From Amphiscolops sp. MND2022 (Eukaryota), in assembly GCA_964187785.1 (NCBI GenBank), contig OZ076409.1, positions 64,296,001-64,360,000 of the forward strand: a stretch of 64,000 nt of DNA, given 5' to 3'. A model generated the notes under the pieces. It was not told the DNA's origin. It worked only from the letters and a program-made list of their open reading frames with translations, and did no database searches. A program made the position numbers and the translations under genes. This document shows, piece after piece, positions 38,701 to 51,639 of the stretch (the first letter of the stretch is position 1; each line of letters starts with the position of its first letter).

Positions 38701-41700
38701 AATCTGGTTGTTCTCAGACGTCCATCCTCTCTCCTCTCTCTGCCTCAGAGTTGTACCCACTTTTTTGGGCTTACCTGCTTCCCTTTGATGTTTTGTGTGC
38801 AAGGAATATTAATGGTATATTGTTTCAAAGCCAGGAAAAGTTCCGTGTGTTTTGCTGTCCAGTTCCGATCCTTTTTATAACGAGCTCGTTTAAAATAACC
38901 TTAAGCTAATAAAGATTTGAAGTATTGTAAAAACATTGATTTTCAGTCGGTGATTTGTGATTTCAGGTGGACCAAAGTTGTGAGTCATTTTTTTCTGCTG
39001 AAGTAAAACGGTTTGGGGGAAAGGCCTGCAAACGCTTTGTACCTGTTTTTCTCTCATTTCTCGAACTTTCTCGTCATATTTACGATTGTTGGCTATGGTC
39101 TCATCGTCAGATCGAACCCTTTCGTTTGCATTCTACTTTGCGTAGACATATTGATGATGGATTAGTTGCCAGATCTACAAAGCGTCTTCAGCAATTTGCA
39201 GTTTCTGTGAAAGTTTCTTCACCATTGATATTGAAAGTGCAGAAGTTGTTTGTCTTGTCATCCAGTTCTAATTGTCCATATGCAAAAACGAAGTGAAATT
39301 TCATATCCAAGATTTCCACTCCGCGTATTCTTTTCACCTTCTTTGTGATGTTCTGAATACCAGATTCTTAAAATCTGATTTTTAAGCTTTCCTACTGTGT
39401 TGGGGGCTATTTGATTCATCATTTTTCCTCCTTCAAGGTGATTGAAGCGAAACTCACAAACTTTCTTCGGTTACTAGAATTGCTCGTTTCAAGTACCCGT
39501 TTGCTTGTAGGCTCTTCAGTACACTGGATACTCGTTCTTGTCAAGCAAAAAAGTGTCCTTTCTGTTCGAACATATGTGCTTTCTTTTGTGTTTCCGAACA
39601 TTGGTACGCGTCTTGATAGTCGGCACAATTCTGGAGTTTTCAATTGATGTATCTCCATTTGAGTAGGATCTTTTAACTTGTGATGTTTTTGGTGTGATCT
39701 TGTGTTCCTTTCGCAAAGGTGTTTATCCGACGAAGATATTCTATGTATTTCTTTTCAAAATGAATGCATTATGCTGTATCTAGTAAGCTTTAGAAATTGA
39801 GCATCGTTGAAAAAATATATTCTGTACACTCGCTCATAAAAACAGATGGAATAATGCTTCTACTCAAACGTCGAACATGTGTCGATTACAACACTGCAAA
39901 TTAAAGACTGATCAAAATAAGACTCACCTATCCAGCAAGCAAGTGTGATCAAGTTGAAGTATCCTGAAACAAATACTCCGCTGAATCTACAACCAAACTA
40001 GGCGAAGTATCTCGTACATTTCAAAGCGAGTAGGTTAGTAAAACTTAGTAAAACCTAATCAAACTAGTAGAAAATACTTTTAACACGAACTTCGATTACA
40101 TGTTTGTTGGTGACTCTTTGTGAGTTGTATATAAAATAACATCTCTATCAATTAACCAGAATTTCTTTTCTTGAATTTAGACGAAAAGTCTCCGAAAAAT
40201 TTGTTTGGGCGCTGAACTTCGTGGATTAGTTGAAGTTTTTTTCAATTAGTCGCTAACGAAGGCAGTAGTTATCTATAGTTTTTGAGTTTAGTTTTTGATT
40301 CATGGTGATGAACTCAGTCAAATTTTCAAACATGATTTCAATTTTAGTTCCTAATTGGTGTGTTTGCTTATCAGTGACCTTACAGGGCGACGCAAATGCG
40401 CCAGATTTCTGTTTGATCCAAGAGCTCACGTTGGCAGATTAGTTCAAATGCTTTGAAGTTACAGTTGGTGAAATTATAAAGTCAGTCCAACGGAACGTCT
40501 CTCTGAACGAAAATGGAAATGGTGAGAAAAAATTTGGTCACGCGTTTGAAATCCCAATCTGTGAAAATGGTCAGCCTTCGAAAAGTTATAGTTCGTTGCG
40601 TCGCTTGAAAACCTGGTGCTTTCATCCATCGCAGTATGTTCTCAAGGCTCGAACGAGCTAAACTGGATCAACTTTTTAAAACTCTTTAATTGAAGAATTG
40701 ATTTCATAGATTTAAAAAATTGGGTTTGTAGAAATGAGTTTCAAAAAGTATTAGAGATAATTAAACCTTGTAAATGTTCTATGTGTAGAGAAACTAGTTT
40801 TGTTGTAAGATCTCGATGGAAAACTCCCTTAGAAAGTTCCCTTGGAAAGTGAGGATCTTGGAAAGTTCATTATTATAATTAGACGTTTTTTAAGGGAATG
40901 GGAAGCAACATTCAGGTGTTAGTTCACTTCACTCTACGTTAATATCAACCCAGTTTCACAATCTCAATTTGACAGGTGCATGATTGACGTTTGAAAGCGA
41001 TCCTCTTTTTTAACGAAGATTGCATAAGTCAGCCCTTACATAAGTGTATCTGCAAAGTTTAGCATATATGTATATAGGTTCCCTAACAGAAATTCAAGGA
41101 TAAGTAATATCAACGCCTACATTCTGGCGAAACGCTAAAACAACTGGGAGATAACATTAATACTCGGGATATAGCGCATTTTTTTGAAGTTCTATACGTT
41201 AAATGAAAAAACAATATCAGTATAATTATTCAGTTATAGGCTGAGAGTGTTTTTCCATTATTCTTTACAACTGTTTCCAATTTTTACAATACTTTCCGGC
41301 AAAATCAACCTAAAAGTTCCACACAGGAACTGTTGTCAAAGAAAGAAAACCCCTATAAGTTTTATTTTTCTGAGAAAAAAAGAAAACCTGCACCAACCTC
41401 ATGTGACTGTGGGTGGTTATAGTCGAAATTTTCTTGAACCACAGCAAGCATTTTGGAACAAAGAAACAATGAGTTTCTGAAAAATTTACTCTTCTCGAAA
41501 CAAAAGATAAACAATCTATGATCAAATAATCTGAAAGTATTTCGGCAACGTTTTTTATCGTTTCATTGTAACGAATCCGCATGATGTATCAAAAACGCAT
41601 TGATAACAGGTACCAAAAGTTCATTCAAGCACCAAATGTCTTGAAGCCGAAACATGGCACTTACCAGTCCCGCAAAAAGAGCGAAAATATGCAAGACGTG

Positions 41701-44700
41701 TGAAGAAAAACGAGTCTACGTTTAAAACTAACAAAAAACAGACGAGTGCGTACAGCTTTTCGTGAAATTGGGAGCCTACTGTAACTTTTTGTAAAAAAAA
41801 CTTTGTAAAGAAAAGAAGTGAACTTTGCGTAATTAGTGCTGGCGTAAACTCCCAATTAGTTAGCTAGGTGGACTGATGCCGTATTTTATGTGACGTGTTT
41901 ACAGTGCTATCCTTGATTTGGTTTTGTTTGTTTGAAAGCTGCTGCGTAAGTCAATAATTTGGTAGAATCTGAACTTATCAGTTTCGTGGTTCCCGAACCA
42001 GGTTTTCAAAGCCTTTCTAGTAATGGCCTTGAGATCGAACCCGATGCCCACTACTAAGAGCAGTTATTCACGCCATTGCCTCCCCCGGAACAACTCTCTA
42101 AGCGGCCCGCAAACGCTTGTCTTAATGAAACTTTATTTCTCAAAAATAAAAGCAGAAAATTTGGTTTTTGAGAGATTGTTTTCTTTCTGTTTTTTGCCAC
42201 AGTTTCTGACTAAAACTACTAAACGGTTACATGTCATTTCGCCCTATGCAATTTCAACCTATGCAATTTCAACCGTTTGTAATTTCAACCCCTTGCCATT
42301 TCGACGTATTTTAATTTCTTCAAAGTCGTTGCATTCTTTGCGAAATGTTCGCATCGGGAAATTTTTTGCTGATTGCGTTCAATGCTGCTTTTTCACAATC
42401 TGCTACGATGCGATCTGTCTTGGCGTTCGTTTCTTCGCAGAGCAATTCAATCATTCGGGAATAGGTTTTTTCTGTTTTGCTGGGTAGTAGCAAATAAAAA
42501 CAAGGGGGTGCAAAACCTTTTAACTCAATGTGGATTGTGTATATTTGGTAAAAATTGTCCGGTGATAATTTGAAAGTTCCATCAATCAGCCATGTTTTTG
42601 AAAAATTAAGCAAATTTTTCATTGTTGTATCGCCAAACATCAAAATTCGATCGCTGTCATCTTTTCCCCTGTCTTTCAGAAGAAAGGTTTTGAATTCTTC
42701 GGGAATGTCAAAATGGCGATCAATCGGGGTTGGGCGTCAATTCTTTTCTCTTTTTGTCGCTTGCGGCAAGCTGTTCTGATTAAATCTTCTTTTTTTTGGC
42801 AATGAAAGCTGGATTGCATAATCGTCGGAGATTACCGAAATTTCACTTCTTATGGCCACCGTTGGTGTCAATGATTCTGACTTCTGTTTAATTTGGTTAA
42901 CAACTTCTTTCGCTTTACACTCGGAAGGGTCGCTTTTATGAGTGTCACCGTCTTTCAAACTAATGACCACGTTCTGGTTTGTCTTCTAAACGGCAGGGCA
43001 TTTAATTGAATAGTATTTCGTGCATCTCCAATGAATGCAACTAGCAGTGACTTGTTTTTGATTGTAACAGTAGCCGTTGTGTACTACAATATTGCACCCT
43101 CTATTTGATTTTATGATTTGAATTAACATTTTGAGCTTTGAGATTCAAAATTATTGGACTTGTTGTGTGGACTAGTTACAATTCAGTTGACTTCCCTATT
43201 TATACTACTAAAACGTTGCCAGTAATTATCACATTTCATAGTATGAAAGATTATTGTTAGTTGCTGGTCTCTTTTTATAGCTTTACTAATTACCATAAAG
43301 GCTTTCATAATTAGCACGGTTTGAGAACAATTAGGCGGAAGTGTGATAGGTTGAAATTACCGTGTAGATTGAAATTGCAAAAGGTTGAAAGTGTGAACGG
43401 ATGAAATTGCAAGCGATTGAAATTGTGAACTGTTGAATTGGCAGCGGTTGAAATCGCATAGGTTGAAATTGCATAGGACGAAATGTCCTGACACCCTACT
43501 AAACTGACCAAGGCTAGCGTGGTGTTCTCAGTTTGGTGACCGGAGCTTATTTTGAATCTCGCTATTGAATCTCTCTTTTTTCCATCCAGAAAAAATAAAG
43601 AAGACAAAGCAGTACCCATTTGCGTTTTTGCGGCTTCATGTTGTTTTTCCAAACATACTTTGGTCCATTTTTTGAGTCGGCCTAATATCTAAATTGCATT
43701 TCAAAATACGTAGAGGCACTCTCTTGGATTGAAATGAATCAAATTTCAAAAGTGTTCAGGCCTGTAAGAATCCAAACATCGGTTTTTAACTTTTATCGAA
43801 TGTTTTTTTCATCTCACTTGATGGTCTCTTCCTCTTTTTCAGACAGAAAGAAAACGTTTTCCAAGCATGAAATTTTCGGCACTATCCATGAATTATGGTA
43901 CAAGGTTTTCGAAAAGCTAAGCAAGTTTTAGTTTTTTTGAAGTTTGAGTTCGGGTAACGTGTTGTTTAGCCTGGAAGATCCCTTCTTTTTTGATTTTTTG
44001 AACATTCATTTGACCACCGTCGTGAGTTCTCATTCAACCAGTGTCGAGCTTCCGTAACGTTTCGAATTGAACTATATTGAAATCTTTTCCTGATATTCCA
44101 TCTAATTCGATAGAAAAAACGGTTTCCTGATTAGTTCCTATTATATTCTATTTGCACTAAAAGATTACGAATAAAAATTGCAATCGTATTGTTTCAGTTT
44201 CACCACGAACGTTGGGTGTGACTCTGACCTATAACATATTTTGTTATTTTTTTCAACCCGATTTTCAGTCCTCTAAGCTTATACATTTTGTCTATCAATT
44301 GAGGCAGTGAATTGTCAATTTTTCGCAAGGTTGTTAGTTGAATTTGCGAAACACATCGCACTGTCACTGCGCTTTTTGCTATATTTTTTTCAAATATAGA
44401 ATATAGTGCCTGAAACTTAACCATGAATTGAAACATTGGAATGCAAAGTAATTAGTAAAGTCAAGTATCCAAGGAACAATTCAAGTGTATATGTTCTTGA
44501 TGTTTGGTATGCAATGAAGTAAAAAAGAAACCAAAATTGAAAAGTTTCAAAATTTTTCCACTCAAATCTTCTGCAATCGGACTCCAAAACGAACTATATT
44601 CAGATTGATTTACTTTTATATTTCATCAGAGATTTCGTTGTAATTCGACAAAAGTTTGTTTGAAAGTTGCAAAAAATAACTGCAGCACATTTTACAGCAT

Positions 44701-47700
44701 TTTATGGTGTCAAATTGAACCGTTGGCCTAGCGGACAAAAAAGTTTTTATTTTTTTCTTTGTAACATACAAGACCGGGCGAAACTAAAGGGTCCCCTTTT
44801 CAGTTTTTTCAGCATTGGGCGATTTTTTTCCGATAAAAAATTTTCCCCCAAAGGGTCCGCCTTCAATTTTTTGATGTTTTGCAACAAGGGATGTGAAAAA
44901 TCCGAAAAGGTCCCCCTTTTAGTGCGCCAAGTGCACCCGCCCCGTCAGTTCGGTCGTTTGGGTTTTTCAAAAGTGTTTCGGAACTGTTTTTGTGAGTTTG
45001 ATACTTCGTAGTTTTTGACACTTTCATGCCCTTTTGCTATTTTTGAGCCTTAGTTATGGCGTCGACTTATGCCGCTCCCGGCTTGTTTTTTCATTCGAAT
45101 GAACCCTTATTCTCGATGAATTGAGTGTTGACGATTAACAGTCCGATTTATCAACTCTGAAACAAGGCCCGCTTCAGGTTCTAAAAGCGCAATGTCTGTC
45201 GAAATTGGTAAAGCTGTTTTGAGAGATGATTGCAAAGAAACTGACAATGAGAATCAGTCGAAGGGGACCCTTTGGATCTTTCTATTCCAATATGCGATCT
45301 ATCAAAAATCTCATTTTATCGGAAAATGGCGACTTAAAAAAAACTGCAGATGTTAATCATGAAAAGTAGTAGTAAAATTGTTGCCAAAATGCACAACTCA
45401 GTTTGAACTTTGTCATATGAAGAAGCAACACTAGTTACTCTGAGATTCTGAAATTATCATGGGAGGCACCGAACAAACACACTTAGTTGCGAAAAAAAAT
45501 AGAGTTATACCAAACTCAATATCAAAAGCAACATCATTGATGAAAACGTTTTTGATTCATGCTATTGCCTCTATAGATTTAGTCACCAGAACTTCTCCAG
45601 ACCGAGCTACCCAAACAAGATGGATGTTTTACAACGCTTTCAAACAACAAGAAATAGCTAAATTTGGCCAATAAAAAAAAACAATTTTTGGAATTATTTA
45701 ATCAAATATTTTATTAAACGCAAGTGTCAAAACAAAGTGTTCCAAAGAAGGCGGGGTTTCAAATTTAGGTCTCGAACAATTTTGCCGATTAGTGTCAAAA
45801 CTGGTAAATTCTTGTAACGAGTCCCCATTATACAGCAGTAGACTGATGTGAGAAGGAATTTTAAAAATTTGTTCTAGCTCAAAGTGTCTTACGGCCTGAG
45901 GATGTGAAGTACCAGTCCGCAAAAAGTTTGAAAGCGTGCGAGACGTGTGAAACAAAGGCAACACCAAGAATCAGCAATAGAGACGTGCTAACAAAGCGTG
46001 TTTTCTAATCAAAACAGCCGTGCCAGGTGTGAAGGTACGCGCGCGTACAGCCTTCAGTAGAATAGGGAGCTTATCTTAACTCGAAGTAAAGAATACCTTC
46101 CAGAAGATGCAGAGTGCATCAAAGTTGCCTAATTAGTGACAGTGGAAACTCCCAGTTTTTTCAAGAAAAAGGTATTTTTTTACTTGATGTATTTACAGTA
46201 TTGTTCATTTGTTATGTACGATTGAGAGCTGCTGCTAGAATTTATACCTTGGAATTGATCGGAATTTTTTACTTTCGTAGTTCTTGGATCCCTTTCTAAG
46301 AGTGGTGCTCCTGAGGTTTAGCATGATGCCCACTATAGAGAGAAGTAATAGACCAGAATCTGCTAGAGCGCATCCCACAGAGGTGGGACCTCCTCCATTG
46401 GGCCGCGCACCTACGGAGGTAAGTGGGCTGGTTACGAAGAACCGTCAGATCCGCACAACTAAATCATTTACGCTAAGTTCTCGTTTTAGTCGGCGCTTTT
46501 ATAAATAAAAGAGCCCGACTTTTACAGTCACTCGTTTTTTTTTATTTAAGACAGACTCGAAGCGACGAACGTTAACGTTCAACTAAAGGAAACTAAATAC
46601 CAGGGAAACGCATGTAAGTAAATTATTCCAAAGGATCCCCCCCCCCTTTGGTTTTTTACTTTTTAAACGTTACCTACAAGCCCGGACGGGACTAAAGGGT
46701 CCCCCCTTTCAATTTGTTTGGCACTGTGCGACTTTTTTTCGAAATTTTTTTAACGTACCCAAAGGGTCGCCCCTTGGAGTTTTTTGTCATTTTGCTACAG
46801 AATGCGTGTTTATCAATCAAAAAGAGTCCCCCTTTTACATTTTTCGGCACTCTGCGACATTTTCCGAAAGAAAAATTTTTTTCGAAAATTTCAAGTTTTT
46901 TTCCAAAAAAAATGTTTTGCGCTTTTTGAGCCTTAGATATAGCGCCGACTTGAGACCTTCCCGTCTTGTTGTCTATTTGTCTAACTCTAAGCAACCCATA
47001 ACGCATTTCGTTACATTGCTCCCGAAACTTTTACCACCCTGATAATCAAACTGTTTTTCGTTAGCGGCATGTTTTGTATGAACTACGACAAGTTAGTCAA
47101 CTAGTTACTTATTGTCTGAACAAACAAATAACCGAAAGGTTTTGTCAAGATACTTGGTCACAATTTCAATAGAAATTGCTGGATTTTGAACTCTACTTAT
47201 CTGTGTTCCAAAGGTTATTTTTTCGATTTTCTGATTCCCCTCAAACTCTTGAAGTTCCTATTCAAAAATGTTGCAAAGAATTTTGCCATCAGTCAAAAAC
47301 AATTTTTTGTTTCTACTGTAGAATGTACACAATCAGTCTTGACGTTTACAGCAACTTGCAGTAGATTTTACACTAGTGTGCTAATGTGTGTCTCAGCATA
47401 AATATTTAACGAAAATATAAAGTTGAGTACACCGAATTTTTTAAAAGCCAATTCGAGTACGGCAAATCTTCAGTTTAAAACGAGGCTCAATTAAACGAAC
47501 TTTTTTCTATTGATTTCAGTCATAATGTTATAACCGTTTCTATAAACTGCGAACTTTTGGCTTGCTTTTGCTAGAACCGGAAAGCCACCGTTTATCACCG
47601 TAATTTCCCTACAATAGTTTCAATACATGGAAATGTAGGAAACCATATGGCTATAGCTGGAGCTATGATTCCATGCATGGAAGTACAGCGAAGCATCGTA

Positions 47701-48739
47701 AGTTACGCTCTTTTCAAAGTCGTGAGGTTTTAGTTGTTTTTATATACCTTTTTTTAATTTCATATATTCAACCAAAAAGGAATTACTTTTAGCTCAATTA
47801 TGATTAGGTTCTTTTAGGGCAGGCCTAGAATAAATGACCAACATATTGCAAAAAAAAACGAAATTCTATTTTTTCTTGTCCAATTTGTTGCATTTCCGTG
47901 GTTTTTTTAACTTTTGAAACCTCATTTTTCCTAATCTACGATAGATACACGTTTGCTGGTTTATAAAAAATGAAAAGACTTTCGTCCTCAGTTTCAGTTT
48001 CTTGGCCTTTTGCAAATTACCGTAAAAATCCAAATAGAAGCGTTTTTTGTTTGCTTGAAGTCCTTCATCTCGGGTTTGAGGATTGACGCATGAAATGATT
48101 TCACTTCTGGTGGAGCCATCATTTTTGAAAAACTTCCTAAGCAACGATTTACATGGTAAAAACTTTAAACTATTTACGGTGTGTGTGTTTTTTCAAAACA
48201 TTTTCTCAACTTTGATTGCTCAATACATTTAAACTCAAAACAGATGGAGAAAAGTGTTCAATAAAAGTTTGGAGTTTGTGCTCATTTTGGAAACCCTAGA
48301 AGTCTAACTTTTTTCTAGTTTGAATTATTTAATCTTGCATCTGAGGATAGAGGCGTTGTAAATGATTTCACTTCTGGTGGAGCCATCATTTTTGAAAAAC
48401 GTTTGCAATTTCTGTCAAATGCCTTTATTGTTTTATTTGTCAAATGTCTTTATTTTTTGTTTGAAAAACATCATATGATCATTTATTCTTTTAGTTTGCT
48501 ATTTTTTAGTTTCAAAAAGTAAACAGTAATCCATATTCAAATGACGTTTTGAAACTTTTTGTAACATGGTAATAAGTAGCATATTGTCAACAAAAACACG
48601 TTTCTAAATGTTCAATTACGTAACATTTAAAAAAATTAAAGCTCAGCTGTTTTGCATTTCAACAATCATTTATCGCATTGCAAAATTTCTTTAAAAAATC
48701 TAGGTTTCAAAAATATCACTTACCGCTGAGAAGCTTCAT
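25328..48739 (-). CDS. Secreted protein with three F-type lectin / F5-8 type C (discoidin)-like domains and a Thr-rich linker
   Basis: Exons 48724-48739, 39928-39963, 35662-35748, 34252-34296, 33747-33941, 32934-33149, 28080-28274, ~27348-27585, 26142-26224, 25644-25859, 25328-25521. They join via phase-1 GT-AG introns except one unresolved junction. N-terminus MKLLSGYFNLITLACWIAGVSS looks like a signal peptide. Domains end in LAFCEIDI, LAFCEVEI and LVVCEIKVF; the third has NAYDG..CF..W. Confidence 0.8.
30631..30830. other. Assembly gap (200 N)
   Basis: Run of N inside an intron of the lectin-like gene. Confidence 1.
30831..31330 (+). mobile_element. LTR-like segment (copy 3) with ORF MPSTRKQKAREERSR...SDIENLDVILG
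   Basis: ORF 31061-31279 is clearly similar to the ORFs at 1742 and 22561. TATATAA at ~30983. Boundaries are approximate. Confidence 0.5.
35998..36790 (+). mobile_element. 5'-truncated LINE (CR1/L2-like) reverse transcriptase remnant
   Basis: QYTDDTFLF, LNATKTEFIIF, YLGIFFDEHLTY, IRILLLNAFVVSQFQYSS in order, with stops and frameshifts. Confidence 0.8.
37720..37969. repeat. Inverted duplication with near-perfect 95-bp palindromic core (37770-37864)
   Basis: 47-nt arms around base 37817 with one mismatch. Outer inverted blocks ACATAAATCACCAAAAACGAAAA and ACCACTTAGTGCT. Confidence 0.95.
37970..39720 (-). mobile_element. Possible highly decayed Penelope-like retroelement
   Basis: A-rich coding-like minus strand, motif SLPFMDA (~38390) similar to Penelope LPFLD, and an adjacent inverted terminal duplication. 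Weak evidence. Confidence 0.3.
42225..43495 (-). mobile_element. Mutator-like (MULE) DNA transposon, internally deleted, FLYWCH + MULE transposase remnant
   Basis: Perfect 9-bp TSD CTACTAAAC (42216-42224 and 43496-43504). TIRs GGT..CA.G.CATTTCG.CCTATGCAATTTCAACC with subrepeats. FLYWCH-like HNGYCY...HWRC (~43000-43130) and MULE WLIDGTFK...FYQIYTIH...DCEKAALNAI..FP. Confidence 0.93.
44768..45087 (+). mobile_element. HINE/Helentron-like family copy (partial)
   Basis: Ends GAGCCTTAGTTATGGCGTCGACTTATGCCGCTCCCGGCTTGTT. Confidence 0.6.
46484..46970 (+). mobile_element. HINE/Helentron-like family copy
   Basis: TTTTAGTCGGCGC ... GAGCCTTAGATATAGCGCCGACTTGAGACCTTCCCGTCTTGTT. Confidence 0.7.
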
Positions 48740-49292
48740 ATTGGGTTATACTTCTGAAAATGAAAAATGAAGCGTGGTTTTTGAACTTAGCTTTTTTATA
48801 TTTTTTTTCTGTCATGCTTGAATGAAGAGAAAAACACTTGGAGTGGCTCCAACAATTTTGCGCAGACAGAGTTATGGCTTTTGTGTGGGTATCCTTTGAA
48901 GTGTTACTAAGACCAAATTGGCGAGTGGCAAGATTTATAAGATATATACTTTCACCATCACACGGCCTTGCTAAACTGGAATGATTTTCATACTAATTCT
49001 ATGCTTTTTGTTCGGGCTCAGTTAATTTTCTGGTCAATTTTCGAATATCATCGAAATTGAAGGAGTTGAAACACGATTGTTCAAACGCTCCCTTGCCTGT
49101 AGGTTTTTCTGAGGATTCAATTGAGAATTATTAGTCAAAAAAATTTAAACGCAAACAGCAACTGTTTCAAATTACTTCCCGAAGTTTGAAACTGAACAAG
49201 GTCTCCTTTTGTCTTTTATCTGAAACGAACATTACAAGTTTAGGAGTTTTCCAAAAACATTTTTTTCCATTATTCAAGGAAAAGTAATAACA

Positions 49293-50776
49293 AACAAGCG
49301 GGAACGGGCAAAGTCGGCGCTATATCTAATTCTAAAAATGCGCAAAGTTTTTAAAACTGTAAAAGAGGGACCCTTTGGGCTTTTTGAAACTCCAGCTTGT
49401 TGCAAAATATTAAAAAATTGAAGGGTGAACCCTTCGAAGACTTTATAAAAATTTCGAAAAAAATTAGATTTTTGAATAGTGTCACAGTGCCGAAAAATGT
49501 GAAAGGGCAGTTCCCAGATTTTTTAACATCCATTCTTATGCAAAATGTTGAAATAAATGAAGGGGGAACCCTTTAGTGCAGTCCAAAAAATTTCAAAAAA
49601 AGTTTCAAAGTTCCGAAAAAATCTAAGTGAAAAACACCAAAATAGCCAAAAGGGGATCCTTAGTATGTTTTCGAGGTTCTGGACGTCGATTTTGTTTCTT
49701 TTTGTTTTGGACGAGGTTTTCAGGTTTCGAGTGTTTTGAACCTCCGTAGATCAAGTTGTTCAAAAAATGAACAAAAAGGTGGACATTACGCGTCTAAAAG
49801 AACTACCCACTGTAATGTAAGAGTCGGGAACTTTTCTTTAAAAACGCCGACTAAAAACTACCCACAGTAAGAGTTGAGAACTTTTCTTCAGAAGCGCCGA
49901 CTAAACAGAATAACGTGAAACAAGACTGAAGAATTAACAAGCTGGGAACGGCCCAAGTCGGCGCCATATCTAAGGCTTAAAAATGGCAAAAGGACTTCAA
50001 AGTGTCAAGTTTTCTCTTCTACAGTACCCGCATGATGAAAAAATTGAAAAAATCCATTCTTTTGAAATTTTTGATTTTTTTGGTCTCCGGTAAGTCGCAT
50101 AGTGCCGAAAAGTGTAAAAGGGACTTTTTGAACATCCGTTCTTTTGCAAAATAGAAAAAAACTGAAGGGGGGACCCTTTGGAGACAATAAAAAAGCTGCG
50201 AAAAAAAGTCTCACAAAGCCAAAATAACCTGCAGAAAAAATGTTTTGGTCAAGGCCGGGACTCGAACACACGTCCTTCTGCTTAGCAGACCTCAAAAAAA
50301 TACTAATTAACCTCTATTCCAAGTGCCAGTAGAAGTAGTGCGGCAGTTAGTGCTAGTGCAAGTCAGCTTATAGAGCTTATAAAATCTGTCACTTCGTTGG
50401 TATTAAAAAAGAACAAGCCGGGAACGGCCCAAGTCGGCGCCATATCCAAGGCTCAAAAATAGCAAAAGGACTTCAAAGTGTCAAGTATTCTCTTCTACAG
50501 TACCCGCATGAGGTAAAAATTCAGAAAAAAATCGATTTTTTTTCGATAGTTTTTGGTCCGGTAGGTCGCATAGAGCCGAAAAATGTAAAAAGGGACCTCA
50601 AAAAAGCCTAGTTAACCTCTATCTCAAGTGCCAGTAGAAGTAGTGTGGCATTTAGTGTTAGTTCAAGTCACCTTATAAAGCTTATAAAATCTGTCACTTT
50701 TTTCTACGAAAAGCGCCGACTAAAAAAGAAAAGTCACTGCTATAGTCAGCGTTTTCTAGGAAAAGCGCCGACTAAG
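49293..50776 (-). mobile_element. Three head-to-tail HINE/Helentron-like copies (starts 49293, 49936, 50412)
   Basis: Each begins AACAAGC..GGAACGG.C.AAGTCGGCGC. Duplicated GCGCCGACTAA ends at ~49845/49895 and ~50713/50765. Confidence 0.7.
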
Positions 50777-51639
50777 AATGGAGGAATGAAAATTTACTAT
50801 ATCAATATCTAGCTGCGAACTCTTGGCAAGTCGTGTTGGTGAGATTCTTACACGAAACTCTTGCAAAACTATGCCAAAAAGTTCTACATAGAAGCTATCA
50901 AAGATGGATGGATGGATGGAAAAAGCGGCGCCTTCAGCAGAGAGGAAAATTACAAATTCAGTCGCGTTTTTTCAAAAACTTGCATATTTCCAATTTTATA
51001 CCCAAATTTAGAGGATCTTACACAGAATTCAACAGCACCAAAACTGAATTTGTAGCGGCATGTTTTGTATGAACCACGACAAGTTTGTTTACTAGTTACT
51101 CAAAAAATGCAAAATGCTGTATTGGAATTATGTAAAAAATTCAAAAGGTATTCACATTTTTACACGAACTGGAGTTTTTTAACCAGTGAAAACTCTGTCT
51201 TTTGCGGAGCTCCAGAACTTGGCTATTTTTCGAGGTGTAGGAACGCCCCAAACCAAATTTGCCGAGTACAGGGGTCAAGCAAGAAATTTTGTTTTAAAAA
51301 ATACAGCATAGAACCAGTATGAATGATAAGCAAGCGAAAACGAATTCCAAGGTGGCAAAGACTTTTGGTAGTCCATCACAGTTACTTTGTCGCATTTGGC
51401 GGGTATTATGAGGAAATAAAGATACTTAGTTGGGTCGTCGCCGGGCGTCAAAAGAACAACATCTCCTACTACAACATTCTAACACGACAGAAGACTTCTC
51501 AGGGAAAAAACTTGAGAAACTTTTCTTCCTGTAATTCAACGCTGGATAATTGTATCTCTAATTTATATTTGTATGTATAACTTTTTTGACACTTGATCAC
51601 TTTGCCTCTGTGCGTGAAATAAAGCGTGAAACATCACAG

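Noticed and set aside
39978..40019. ATG TAC GAG... as start of the lectin-like gene
   Set aside because: Hits TAG and offers no phase-compatible donor. The exon at 48724-48739 fits the phase and completes a signal peptide.
41660..46250. Similar segments at ~41660-41900 and ~45910-46200 (and ~47060 versus ~51055)
   Set aside because: Old dispersed repeats. Termini and class could not be defined from the sequence, so they were not called.
48093..48400. ~40-bp direct duplication AATGATTTCACTTCTGGTGGAGCCATCATTTTTGAAAAAC
   Set aside because: Short local duplication with no associated element structure.
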